Positions 43,075 to 52,342 of a stretch of DNA of 64,000 nucleotides are shown here, in pieces (positions within the stretch are counted from its first letter, which is position 1; each line of letters opens with the position of its first letter). The stretch covers positions 2,088 to 66,087 of the forward strand of contig JAPLVC010000005.1 of NCBI GenBank assembly GCA_026397315.1. The letters run 5' to 3'. The notes under the pieces were generated by a model that was given only the letters and a program-made list of their open reading frames with translations, was not told where the DNA came from and did not search any database. Source of the stretch: Candidatus Aenigmatarchaeota archaeon (GTDB taxonomy: Archaea; Aenigmatarchaeota; Aenigmatarchaeia; QMZP01; QMZT01). The translations under genes were made by a program, and so were the position numbers.

Positions 43075-44169
43075 ATGAAAATAGAAGAAATACTGGAAAG
43101 CGCGTTCGTGGTCAAGCCAGATGACACACTTTCTCACGTGGTTGCCAGAATGACCGAAGAGAAACGCTACGAGGCTTTTGTTTTTGACGGTGAGAGCCGC
43201 GGCATCGTCACCATGGACGACATAATAAGAAAGAACGTCAGTGAACCGCAGAAGATGAAAATATCATATTTCATGAAGCCTATAAACGTCTTCTCCATAG
43301 AGACGCCGGCCGAGGACATAATAAACTACATGCTCGTGAGCGAATACAGATCCCTGCCCGTCGAGAAAGACGGCAAAATATATGCAATAACCAAGCCGAA
43401 GCTTCTCGGCTTCATAAAAGACGAGGTCTTCGAGGGCAAGAACGCCGAGGATATAATGCAAAAGCCTTTCTGCGTGAAAACGGATGACTCGCTTAACACT
43501 GTGCTTTCCGTCATAAAGGACGGCGGCAACAACAGGGTCCCCGTAATAGATGATAAAGGCAAGTTCGCCGGTCTAGTCGATAGCCTCAGCCTTTCCGGCA
43601 TAATAATTGGCAGGGAAAGGCTAAGTCTTGGGGCGCGCAGCGACGGTGAAAAGAGCAGGATAGGCGACTTGAACATAAGCAAGTTCGCCACCACCGATGT
43701 AGTGAGTGTCGGACCCGAAGAGAGCGTCAAGAAAATCGTCAAGGAGATGTCAAGCAAGGAAGTTTACAATGTCGTCGTCGAAGATGACGGCAAGTTCATG
43801 GGCATAATAACCATAAAAGACATTCTCAAACTCATAGGCAAGTCACTCGAAACCGTATACATAAGGGTCAGCGGCCTCGGAGACGAGGATGAATTCGTCA
43901 GAAAAAAAGTGGACGAACTCATTGAAAAAAGCATACAGAAGGTTCTCAAGGTAATAAGGGTCTCATATGTAGTGATACATGTAGAAACGCACAAAAAAAA
44001 GGAAAAAAGCGACAGTAAAAAATACTCGGTCCAGGGACGTTTCGTTACGGACAAGGGCAATTTCTACGCCAATGACTATGAATGGGAACCGATAAGTGCC
44101 ACCAAAATATTTCTGGAAAGAATGGAAACCGAAATATTCAAACAGGTAAGCAAAGAACGCGGGCGCTAA
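43075..44169 (+). CDS. four-CBS-domain protein with a C-terminal RaiA/HPF-like (ribosome-associated inhibitor fold) domain
   Basis: 364 aa with four CBS repeats over residues about 1-250. The C-terminal roughly 105 aa (VYIRVSGLGDEDEFVRKKVDELIEKSIQKVLKVIRVSYVVIHVETHKK...KYSVQGRFVTDKGNFYANDYEWEPISATKIFLERMETEIFKQ) follow the beta-alpha-beta-beta-beta-alpha pattern of YfiA/HPF proteins. That domain assignment is inference. Confidence 0.75.
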   Translation: MKIEEILESAFVVKPDDTLSHVVARMTEEKRYEAFVFDGESRGIVTMDDIIRKNVSEPQKMKISYFMKPINVFSIETPAEDIINYMLVSEYRSLPVEKDGKIYAITKPKLLGFIKDEVFEGKNAEDIMQKPFCVKTDDSLNTVLSVIKDGGNNRVPVIDDKGKFAGLVDSLSLSGIIIGRERLSLGARSDGEKSRIGDLNISKFATTDVVSVGPEESVKKIVKEMSSKEVYNVVVEDDGKFMGIITIKDILKLIGKSLETVYIRVSGLGDEDEFVRKKVDELIEKSIQKVLKVIRVSYVVIHVETHKKKEKSDSKKYSVQGRFVTDKGNFYANDYEWEPISATKIFLERMETEIFKQVSKERGR

Positions 44170-44172
44170 GGC

Positions 44173-45642
44173 TTAAAATATTTTTTTGCCTGAAAAGAAT
44201 TCGCCTAATGCATGTTGCAGATCCTTTATTTTGACGCGTATCTGCTTCATCGAGTCGCGGTCACGGAGTGTGACGTCGTCATTCTTAAGTGAATCGTAAT
44301 CCACGGTTATGGCCAGAGGGACGCCAAGCTGGTCGTATATGACGTAGCGCTTTCCTATCGACTGCTTCTCGTCGTACTTGGTTTCAAAAAGGGTTTTTAA
44401 CGCTTCATTTATTTCATGTGCCTTTTCGTCTATGCCGTCTTTCCTGACCAGAGGCAGTATGACTACGTCAAGTGGAGATAGGCTGCGCGGGAACTTGAGC
44501 ACAGGCTTGCCTTCTCTTTCCGAAACAGAATTCTCGAGTACGGTGTAGAAAATCCTGTCGAGACCCATGGAGAGTTCAAATACGTGGGGTGTGAGTTTTT
44601 CCTCATCCTCTACGACGGACAGGTCGACGCCCGAAACTTTCGCGTGCGAAGACAGGTCATAATCGGTCCTGTAATTGCACGCTACCAGCTCCAGCCATCC
44701 AGTGCTCGTGTTAACCTCAATATCCCAAGTTTCCTTTGAATAGAATGCCCTCGCGTTTTCCTCCAGCTCGCGGAAGCGTATGTCCTTCGGGTCGAAACCG
44801 CATTTCTCCATGAACATCTGTGCCACGGCCAGATAAAAGCCGATAAGCTTGCCTGACACTATCTTTTTGTCTACGGCTTCCTGGACACTTATCGAATGCG
44901 TTTCTTTGCCGACAAGCTTAAGCCTGAGCTTGAAATCTTTATACTTGTTGAAACCGTGAAAGTCGTTTATTTTTTTAGGGTTGAAGAAGACCTCGGTTTC
45001 GAGCTGCGTGAATTCTCTGGTGCGTATGAGCCCCTGGCGCGGCGAGATTTCATTGCGGAATGAGCGCCCGGCCTGGGATATTCCCAGCGGTAGTGAGACT
45101 CTCGCAGTCTTGTATATCTTGAGAAAATCAGCAAATATGTTCTGGCAAGTTTCAGGCCTCAGGTATGCATTTTTTTCGTCCGTCAGCGGGCCTATTGAAA
45201 CGCCTATCATCATGTTGAATTTCTGGACTTTCGCTAGCGAACTTTTGCACTCAGGGCATTTGACACCGTGCTTATCTATGAGGTTGTTGAACTCTTCGGA
45301 TGACATGGCTTCAGGAACCGTGCTGCCTGTTGCACCCTCTATAATCTTGTCGGCTCGGAATATCTTGTGGCATTTCTTGCACTGCACGAGCGGGTCCACG
45401 AAATTTTTCAGGTGTCCGGACGCCTCGAAGTTTTTTTTGGGCAGTATGAGACAGCCGTCGATTTCAAGCGAATCCGTTTTCCTCACGACCTCTGCACGCC
45501 AGAGTTCCGTGATTTTTCTCTTCATCACGGTTCCCATATGACCGAAATCCAGGAATCCCGAAAGCGGGGAGTGAATTTCAGCCGTGGGGAAGAATATGCC
45601 GCGCTGGTCTGCAAGTTGCTGTATATGAGTAAATTTGTCCAT
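44173..45642 (-). CDS. glyS: glycyl-tRNA synthetase (archaeal/eukaryotic alpha2 type)
   Basis: I take the ATG at 45642 (MDKFTHIQQLADQRGIFFPTAEIH, a typical GlyRS N-terminus). The longer ORF would overlap the divergent PHP gene. Class II motif 2 is FRNEISPR. Confidence 0.9.
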   Translation of the reverse strand: MDKFTHIQQLADQRGIFFPTAEIHSPLSGFLDFGHMGTVMKRKITELWRAEVVRKTDSLEIDGCLILPKKNFEASGHLKNFVDPLVQCKKCHKIFRADKIIEGATGSTVPEAMSSEEFNNLIDKHGVKCPECKSSLAKVQKFNMMIGVSIGPLTDEKNAYLRPETCQNIFADFLKIYKTARVSLPLGISQAGRSFRNEISPRQGLIRTREFTQLETEVFFNPKKINDFHGFNKYKDFKLRLKLVGKETHSISVQEAVDKKIVSGKLIGFYLAVAQMFMEKCGFDPKDIRFRELEENARAFYSKETWDIEVNTSTGWLELVACNYRTDYDLSSHAKVSGVDLSVVEDEEKLTPHVFELSMGLDRIFYTVLENSVSEREGKPVLKFPRSLSPLDVVILPLVRKDGIDEKAHEINEALKTLFETKYDEKQSIGKRYVIYDQLGVPLAITVDYDSLKNDDVTLRDRDSMKQIRVKIKDLQHALGEFFSGKKIF

Positions 45643-45685
45643 TAAATCACATATAAATTTATTGCGAGTGCTTTTATAAGATATT

Positions 45686-46345
45686 ATGCCACACAAGAAC
45701 GGCCTGAAAGTCGATTTTCATGTACATTCACATTTCTCCTCTGACGGCGACATGACACCTGAAGAAATAATAAGATACGCCAAGGAAGCCGGTCTGGATG
45801 CAATAGCAGTCACTGATCACAATAGCCTGCGCGGGGGTAAGGAAGTGGAGAAGCTTTCAAAAGACCTTATTGTTCTCGTCGGTTCTGAGATAAAAACCGA
45901 TGTCGGGGAAATCATAGCTCTCAACATAAAAAAGGATATAGAACGTGATCTGGATCTCGAGGAGACGTGCAGGCGGGTCAAAGAGCAGGGCGGTTTCATA
46001 ATAATTTCCCATCCATTCGACAGGTTCAGAAGCGGTATAGGAAACGAGGCTGAAAAAATAGTAAAATACATAGACGCGGTCGAGGTTTTCAACGCGAGGA
46101 CTATGGTCGGAAAATTCAACGACGACGCGCTCGCTTTCGCCAGGAGGCATAAATTACCATGTGTCGCCGGCTCCGATTCTCACTTCGCCTCAGAACTGGG
46201 TTCTGCCTACACCCTGGTCATGGCTGAAAATAAAAAAGGCATATTCAAGGCCATACGTCAGGGCAGGACTGAAATAGCAGGCAGGAAAACAGGCATAATG
46301 CCACATTGGAAGACGTTTGTCAGGAAAATGAGCAAGAAATTATAA
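45686..46345 (+). CDS. PHP-domain metal-dependent phosphoesterase
   Basis: 219 aa with VDFHVHSHFSSDG, AVTDHNS and SDSHF motifs. Confidence 0.85.
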   Translation: MPHKNGLKVDFHVHSHFSSDGDMTPEEIIRYAKEAGLDAIAVTDHNSLRGGKEVEKLSKDLIVLVGSEIKTDVGEIIALNIKKDIERDLDLEETCRRVKEQGGFIIISHPFDRFRSGIGNEAEKIVKYIDAVEVFNARTMVGKFNDDALAFARRHKLPCVAGSDSHFASELGSAYTLVMAENKKGIFKAIRQGRTEIAGRKTGIMPHWKTFVRKMSKKL

Positions 46346-47371
46346 TCACTTATTAACTGTCGCATTTGTGATATTCTCTATTCCGGTTTCTATTTCTGAC
46401 TGTATGTCGTCGATTGTTTTGTATTTGCCAAGGCCATCTGTCAGGTTGGTCACAGGCTCCATGATGTTTTCAGGTATTTCATTCACCACAATCTCCTTGT
46501 AACTATCTATGGTATTGGCAATCTTCTCATTCGCCTGGCCGACGAATGGCACCATCAGGACGAGGAATGAAATTATCACCACCGGAAGGAGCAGGTATTC
46601 TATCACTATCATGTTGTTTATCTTGTGGAACTCGATGTCTATTTTTTTCATGAGCAGAAGTATTGAAAGGGGAATGACTATCAGAAGGATCATGCTCAGC
46701 GGGAAGCCGTACTGTAGGAAAGAAACCACATATGAAAATGCGCCCAAAAGGCCGATTGCCGCGAACATCTTTTTGTTGCCTTTTATGATGCTGCCCTTGA
46801 ATTTGAATTTGTATATCAGGTAACTTGCCATGTAAACCAGGGAAAACGCCATTATTATCCAGAATGGGAATTTGGATATGTCAGACGTGAGAGCGAACCA
46901 GCCGCACGAGTATTTTAGGAACTCTATGGCCGTCATGTTGACCGCTGTCTTGCGCAGGCTTTTCTTGAAGCGCGCGTGCGGCGACGAGTGCAGCAGATTG
47001 AGGAAAAGCATTGCCGCTATCATCAGGAAAAACCACTTGCTTATGAAAAATGACAGACCCATGCCGGCCACGATGAAAATGGCCAGTAGTATTTTGGCCC
47101 GCTTAAGGTTAATCATGTCACCGGCCACGAGCTTCCACTTCCTCTTTTCGGAATCATTCCTGTCTTCCTCGTGGTCAACGATGTCATTGTAAACATATAC
47201 AGCCGAATAGGATATCAGAAAAGCTGTTAAAGAGGCGAGCGTCAGAAAGATATCCGGAACTCCCAGTAAAAACCAGAACAGTGTTATACCCAGAAGGAAT
47301 TGGACCATGTTCTTGGGAAGGCTTATGGTTATGCTGTTGAAAAGGACTTTCTTTATTGTCATAAGCATCAC
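46346..47371 (-). CDS. UbiA-family prenyltransferase with a C-terminal soluble extension
   Basis: 341 aa and polytopic. It carries an Asp-rich motif YNDIVDHEEDRND and a roughly 60-aa non-membrane C-terminal tail. Confidence 0.75.
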   Translation of the reverse strand: MMLMTIKKVLFNSITISLPKNMVQFLLGITLFWFLLGVPDIFLTLASLTAFLISYSAVYVYNDIVDHEEDRNDSEKRKWKLVAGDMINLKRAKILLAIFIVAGMGLSFFISKWFFLMIAAMLFLNLLHSSPHARFKKSLRKTAVNMTAIEFLKYSCGWFALTSDISKFPFWIIMAFSLVYMASYLIYKFKFKGSIIKGNKKMFAAIGLLGAFSYVVSFLQYGFPLSMILLIVIPLSILLLMKKIDIEFHKINNMIVIEYLLLPVVIISFLVLMVPFVGQANEKIANTIDSYKEIVVNEIPENIMEPVTNLTDGLGKYKTIDDIQSEIETGIENITNATVNK

Positions 47372-47380
47372 ATATAGATT

Positions 47381-48145
47381 TCAGGCCAACTCCCTTTTAT
47401 GCATTTCCCTCACCTTTCTTGCCCGGAATATTATGGTGGATGCAAAAGTCGTTTTCCTGGCGAACGCGGAATCGACAGCGTTCCATAGCTTTTCCTGCCA
47501 TTTTTTGCGCGAGCCGTCCGCCATCACCGGAGTGCCTTTTACCCTTTCAACCGAGAAACCATGCATCTCCAGCAGCTCTTTGAGAGAGCGCTTTGTGAAG
47601 GCGTGTATGTGGCCTACGCCCTCCTTTATGAAAGGGTTGCCCGTATACGTTTTCAGAGACGACTCTATCCAAGTTGGCATGAAGCCCAGAAAAAGGAAGC
47701 CACGGTTATACCATGATGCTATGTTCGGCACGGAAATGACCAGGCACCCATTCGTCTTAAGCGAATGGTTTATGTTGGCGAGAAGGTTCTCGGTATCGTA
47801 AATATGCTCTATCACGTCGCCGCAGAAAACGGCATCGAAGCTGTTTTTTTCGAACGGGAATTCCTTGTCTATGTTGGCGGCCTTGGCGTCTATCCCTTTT
47901 TTCCTGGCCTCAGCCACGGCATCCGCGCTTATGTCTATGCCGTAAACCTTTGCCCATGTCTCCTTGGCTATGACAGCCGAGATGAAACCGTCACCACAAC
48001 CCACGTCCAGGATTTTTCCGTTCTTCTGGTCGCTGAAAAACTCCAGGACTACTTTTATTTTTTTCTCCTGTATTTTGTAGTATTTTCCGGCTTCCTTGGC
48101 GAAAATATTGGAGTAGAAATTCTTGTTGTATTCGTTTGTGTCCAT
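47381..48145 (-). CDS. class I SAM-dependent methyltransferase
   Basis: 254 aa with motif I ILDVGCGDG and post-I/II motifs (DAVFCGDVIEH). Confidence 0.85.
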   Translation of the reverse strand: MDTNEYNKNFYSNIFAKEAGKYYKIQEKKIKVVLEFFSDQKNGKILDVGCGDGFISAVIAKETWAKVYGIDISADAVAEARKKGIDAKAANIDKEFPFEKNSFDAVFCGDVIEHIYDTENLLANINHSLKTNGCLVISVPNIASWYNRGFLFLGFMPTWIESSLKTYTGNPFIKEGVGHIHAFTKRSLKELLEMHGFSVERVKGTPVMADGSRKKWQEKLWNAVDSAFARKTTFASTIIFRARKVREMHKRELA

Positions 48146-48206
48146 GGTAAAGGATTGTGGCCTCCAGTTATAAAAACGTATAAAAACGGAACGTCATTAT
48201 ATTTGT

Positions 48207-49715
48207 ATGGATTTGGTGAAAGCGCTGGAATCGCTGAGTCCCGTTGAAAGGAGCGTGCTGCCGTACATCAAAGACGGCATGGAGCTCCGCGCAATAGCAA
48301 GGGACGCTAAATTGCAGGAAATAGAAGTCATGCGCGCCATCCAGTGGCTCGAAAACAAGGGCATGATAAAAGTTTCATCTTCTACAAAAGACGTCATTGT
48401 CGCCGGAGTAAATGGCAAACTTTACATGAAAACCGGTCTCCCGGAGAAAAGGTTTCTGGAAGCGCTTTCAGGGAAAATGAGCATTGACGGCATCAAAAAG
48501 GCGACCAAGCTCGACGATAATGAGATAAGGATATGCCTTGGCCTGCTGAAAGCCAGATACGCGATTTCCATACTTGGTAATGCAATAGAGCCCACGAGCG
48601 AACGGGACCGCATACTGAAAGAGGGTTTTGCGGAAGAAGCGTTTCTCCGAAGCCTGCCGAAAAACTTCGACGAGTTGACTGAGAATGAAAAGATGCTTTT
48701 CGCCAGGCTTGCGAAAAGAAGGAACATCGTCATGAAAGAAACGACGAAGCTGAGATTTGTGGAGCTCACCGAGCTCGGCAAAAAGCTTGCTGCCGGCTCA
48801 AAAAAAATAAAGATGGACCTCATAGAAACTCTCACGCCACAGATGTTGAAGGGTAAAACATGGAGCGGCAAGAAGTTCAGGAGGTATGACATAAAGACCG
48901 GTGTGCCGAAAATAAACCCCGGCAAGAGGCAACCGTACAGCGAATTCTTGCAGGACGTCAGGGAAAGACTGGTGTCGCTTGGATTCGAGGAAATGCACGG
49001 ACCGGTAATAGAGACTGAATTTTTCAATTTCGACGCACTTTACCAGCCGCAGAACCACCCCGCAAGGGACTGGAGCGCGACCTACAGGATAAAGGAACCT
49101 AAATATGGCGATCTGCCTGAAAAAAGCATAGTTTCGTCAGTCAAAAAAGCTCATGAAAAAGGCATCGGTGGCTCGAGCGGGTGGGGTTATAAATGGGACA
49201 GCAAAACCGCGGCCCGTCTGATGCCGAGAGCGCATGACACCGCCATATCGCCCAGATTCCTTGCGAAAGGCGTCAAGATACCGGGCAAATATTTCAGCCT
49301 AGTCCGCTGCTTCAGGCCGGATGTCATAGACGCAACGCATGGCGTGGAATTCAGCCAGCTTGGCGGCTTTGTCATAGACAAAGACCTTACGTTCAGGCAT
49401 CTGCTCGGTCTGCTGAAACAGTTCGTATTCGAAATAACAGGTATAGAATACGTGCGCTTCTCGCCGGACTATTTCCCTTTCACTGAGCCCTCTGTGCAGA
49501 TTGCCGCAAAGCATCCGAAGCTTGGCTGGATGGAGCTTGCCGGAGCCGGTATTTTCAGGCCGGAGCTCACGCTGCCGATGGGTGTCAAAGAGCCGGTAAT
49601 AGCATGGGGTTTCGGCATAGACAGGCTTGCCATGTTAAAGCTCGGCATAAAGGACATACGCGACATATTTTCAAATGACATAGAATTTCTGAGAAAAGCT
49701 GAAAAGGTGTTTTGA
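48207..49715 (+). CDS. pheS: phenylalanyl-tRNA synthetase alpha subunit
   Basis: 502 aa with N-terminal wHTH repeats. The class II core has FRPDVIDATHGVEFSQ (motif 2) and GFGIDRLAML (motif 3). Confidence 0.95.
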   Translation: MDLVKALESLSPVERSVLPYIKDGMELRAIARDAKLQEIEVMRAIQWLENKGMIKVSSSTKDVIVAGVNGKLYMKTGLPEKRFLEALSGKMSIDGIKKATKLDDNEIRICLGLLKARYAISILGNAIEPTSERDRILKEGFAEEAFLRSLPKNFDELTENEKMLFARLAKRRNIVMKETTKLRFVELTELGKKLAAGSKKIKMDLIETLTPQMLKGKTWSGKKFRRYDIKTGVPKINPGKRQPYSEFLQDVRERLVSLGFEEMHGPVIETEFFNFDALYQPQNHPARDWSATYRIKEPKYGDLPEKSIVSSVKKAHEKGIGGSSGWGYKWDSKTAARLMPRAHDTAISPRFLAKGVKIPGKYFSLVRCFRPDVIDATHGVEFSQLGGFVIDKDLTFRHLLGLLKQFVFEITGIEYVRFSPDYFPFTEPSVQIAAKHPKLGWMELAGAGIFRPELTLPMGVKEPVIAWGFGIDRLAMLKLGIKDIRDIFSNDIEFLRKAEKVF

Positions 49716-51388
49716 TGCCAACGATAGAAATCTCGCTGAAGGATCTGAGCAGGCTGGTGCGCAAGAAATTGTCAGTGTCGGCGCTAGCGACTGCGTTGCA
49801 ATATGTAAAAGGTGAGATCGAGTCTTCAGAAGGCGACAGGCTGAAAATAGAGATAGCTGACAGCAACAGGCCAGACCTGTGGTCTACCGAAGGCATCGCC
49901 AGGGAGTTGCGGTCGAGATATGGTAATGAAAAGAGTCTCGCTAAATTCAAAACCAAAAAGTCAGGCCTAAAGGTAATAGTCGAAAAGAACCTCAGGAACA
50001 TAAGGCCCAGAACCGTCTGCGCGGTTGTCCGTGGCCTTAAGATAGATGATGAGATTTTGTTCCAGATGATCCAGCTGCAGGAAAAAATATGCGAGAACTT
50101 CGGCAGGCGAAGAAAGGAAGTTGCGCTAGGAATATACGACTACAACAGGATTTCACCGCCAATTTATTTCAGGGCATACGGCCCGGGAGAGATAAAATTC
50201 GTGCCGCTCGACTTCAATGTGGAGATGAGCCTCAAGGACATACTTGCGGAGCATCCAAAAGGCAAGGAATATGCGCATCTCCTTGCAGGCATGAAGAAAT
50301 ATCCTGTTTTCATAGATTCGATGGACCACGTGCTTTCCATGCCGCCGGTCATAAACTCTGACTTCAGCGGCAAGGTCACGAAAGACACCAGAGACGTATT
50401 CATAGAATGCTCTGGTTTCAGCATGAAATTCCTCCTGCCAGCGCTCAACATAATGGTCGCGGCCCTCGCCGACAGGGGCGGCCGCGTGGAAACTGTCGAT
50501 GTCGTTTTCCCGGATGGCAAAATGCAGACTCCGGATTTCACCCCGGGAAAAATACTGGTAAATCCTGATAGAGCAAGGAATATTTCAGGTCTGCACGTAA
50601 CCGATGCTGATATTGCAAAGCTTCTGATGAAAGCGAGATATGATGTGAAAAACGAGCATGGCAAGCTGGCTGTTCTCATCCCGTCATACAGGCAGGACGT
50701 GATGCACGAAGTGGACGTGATAGAAGACATGATTATTTCGCACGGCTACAATAACATAGGGCCCATCACGCCCTCCCTGGCCAGCACCGGAAAGCTGACG
50801 CCGGTTAATAATTTTGTTAAAAAAATAACCGAGCTTATGATCGGCCTCGGCAACCAGGAAGTTCTTTCTTACACCCTTACCAACAAGGATAACATGATAA
50901 AGAAGATGAATATAGAAAGCATGAAAATCATAGAAATAGACAACCCGGTTTCGAAAAACTGGAGCGTTTTCAGGACGTGGATAACGCCATCTCTGATCGA
51001 ATTCATGTCGAACAACACCAACAAGGAATACCCCCAGCGCGTGTTCGAAATAGGCGAAGTGGTCATCTACGACGCGAAGGCAGAAACCAGAAGCAAAAAC
51101 CCCGTAATGCTCGCGCTGGCCTGCGCCGGATCTGACGCAAACTTTACACTAGCCAAGCAGCAATTGGATTTCGTACTGAGAACAATAGGCATTGAATACG
51201 TTGTAGAGGAAACCGAGCACTGTTCCTTCATAACAGGAAGGGTTGGCATCGTTTATGCGAATGGCCGGGAAATCGCATGCCTGGGAGAAATACACCCTAA
51301 AGTCCTTTCTAATTTTGGCATAGAACAACCGGTATGCACTTTCGAAATGAACCTGAGCGAAATTCTCTCACTGATCGAAAAGAAATAA
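49715..51388 (+). CDS. pheT: phenylalanyl-tRNA synthetase beta subunit
   Basis: 557 aa from the ATG at 49715 (TGATG overlap with the pheS stop). It shows the archaeal PheT B3/4 and B5 domain pattern (IADSNRPDLWSTEGIAREL). Confidence 0.95.
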   Translation: MPTIEISLKDLSRLVRKKLSVSALATALQYVKGEIESSEGDRLKIEIADSNRPDLWSTEGIARELRSRYGNEKSLAKFKTKKSGLKVIVEKNLRNIRPRTVCAVVRGLKIDDEILFQMIQLQEKICENFGRRRKEVALGIYDYNRISPPIYFRAYGPGEIKFVPLDFNVEMSLKDILAEHPKGKEYAHLLAGMKKYPVFIDSMDHVLSMPPVINSDFSGKVTKDTRDVFIECSGFSMKFLLPALNIMVAALADRGGRVETVDVVFPDGKMQTPDFTPGKILVNPDRARNISGLHVTDADIAKLLMKARYDVKNEHGKLAVLIPSYRQDVMHEVDVIEDMIISHGYNNIGPITPSLASTGKLTPVNNFVKKITELMIGLGNQEVLSYTLTNKDNMIKKMNIESMKIIEIDNPVSKNWSVFRTWITPSLIEFMSNNTNKEYPQRVFEIGEVVIYDAKAETRSKNPVMLALACAGSDANFTLAKQQLDFVLRTIGIEYVVEETEHCSFITGRVGIVYANGREIACLGEIHPKVLSNFGIEQPVCTFEMNLSEILSLIEKK

Positions 51389-52153
51389 TTATCTGCCGTA
51401 AAGCCAGTTGAAAAGCCTGTAGCTCAACGGTATTCTCGGTGTGTAAGTTTCTCCTATAAGGCTGGCCGCTATGGCCCTTATGTGCTGCGCCGCTGGGGAA
51501 CGCGGGTTGTAAACGACCACTGGCTCTTTCATGGCTATCGCCTTTCGTACTTCCCTGTCTTCCGGTACTGTACCTATTATAGGAAGGCCTATCATCCTCT
51601 CTATATGTTCTGCCGGGAGCTCGTGTGTTTCGTTTTTTACCCTGTTGAGAATTATGCCAAGGTTGTGTGTTGAATACTTGCTTGCCAACATGACAAGCTT
51701 GAATGCGTCCGTGACTGCCGGGAGCTCCGGGTTTGTCACTGTCAATAGCTCGTCGGCCGCTTCCATGGCTGCCATGGATTCCTTGCCCAACCCGGCTGGA
51801 GTATCGATGAGTATGAAATCATGCCCTTCGAGCAGCTTGTAAAGCACGTCGATATAATGATGGGATTTTATGTTCTTTGTTTTTCTCAAGGATATGTCTG
51901 CAGGTATGACCTTGAAGCCGGTTTTATGTGTGTAAAGAACGTCGCTGACCTTTGCCCTGCCTTCAAAAACATCATGTATGGTTTTAGGATACAAATGCAT
52001 GCCGAGATGCAGTGCCAAATTCGATGTTGTCAGGTTGGCATCGACAGCCACTACCGATTTGCCATATTGCGCCAAAGCCGCGGCGAGATTCGCGACGAGC
52101 GTCGTTTTGCCCACTCCGCCTTTGCCAGAAGAAATTGCTATTATGCGTGTCAT
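51389..52153 (-). CDS. minD: MinD/ParA-family P-loop ATPase
   Basis: 254 aa with the deviant Walker A SGKGGVGKTT and DTPAG (Walker B). Confidence 0.9.
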   Translation of the reverse strand: MTRIIAISSGKGGVGKTTLVANLAAALAQYGKSVVAVDANLTTSNLALHLGMHLYPKTIHDVFEGRAKVSDVLYTHKTGFKVIPADISLRKTKNIKSHHYIDVLYKLLEGHDFILIDTPAGLGKESMAAMEAADELLTVTNPELPAVTDAFKLVMLASKYSTHNLGIILNRVKNETHELPAEHIERMIGLPIIGTVPEDREVRKAIAMKEPVVVYNPRSPAAQHIRAIAASLIGETYTPRIPLSYRLFNWLYGR

Positions 52154-52206
52154 GCTATAGTCTTGTCTTCAAAAAGTTATAAAACTATCTTGTCAGAAAC
52201 GCGGAG

Positions 52207-52313
52207 CGGACCTGGGGGGATTTTCGCTTAAGTCTTTTGGTTAAAAGACTCGTTTCGAACCCCCGACCTTTAGCTTAGGAGGCTACTGCTCTATCCAACT
52301 GAGCTACAGGCCC
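52207..52313 (-). tRNA. tRNA-Arg (anticodon CCU) with a 33-nt non-canonical intron in the T-loop
   Basis: The reverse complement reads GGGCCTG TA GCTC AGTTGGATA GAGC A GTAGC CTCCTAA GCTAA AGGTC GGGGG TTCGAA[ACGAGTCTTTTAACCAAAAGACTTAAGCGAAAA]T CCCCC CAGGTCC G. The cloverleaf closes only if nt 52221-52253 are removed. The intron contains a hairpin, AGTCTTTT/AAAAGACT. Confidence 0.8.
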
Positions 52314-52342
52314 GTCGCTTCACCAGCAGCCGGTGTTTAATG

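Noticed and set aside
45643-45696. A longer GlyRS start at 45696.
   Set aside because: It would add 18 non-conserved residues and overlap the divergent PHP gene start. The ATG at 45642 gives the canonical GlyRS N-terminus.
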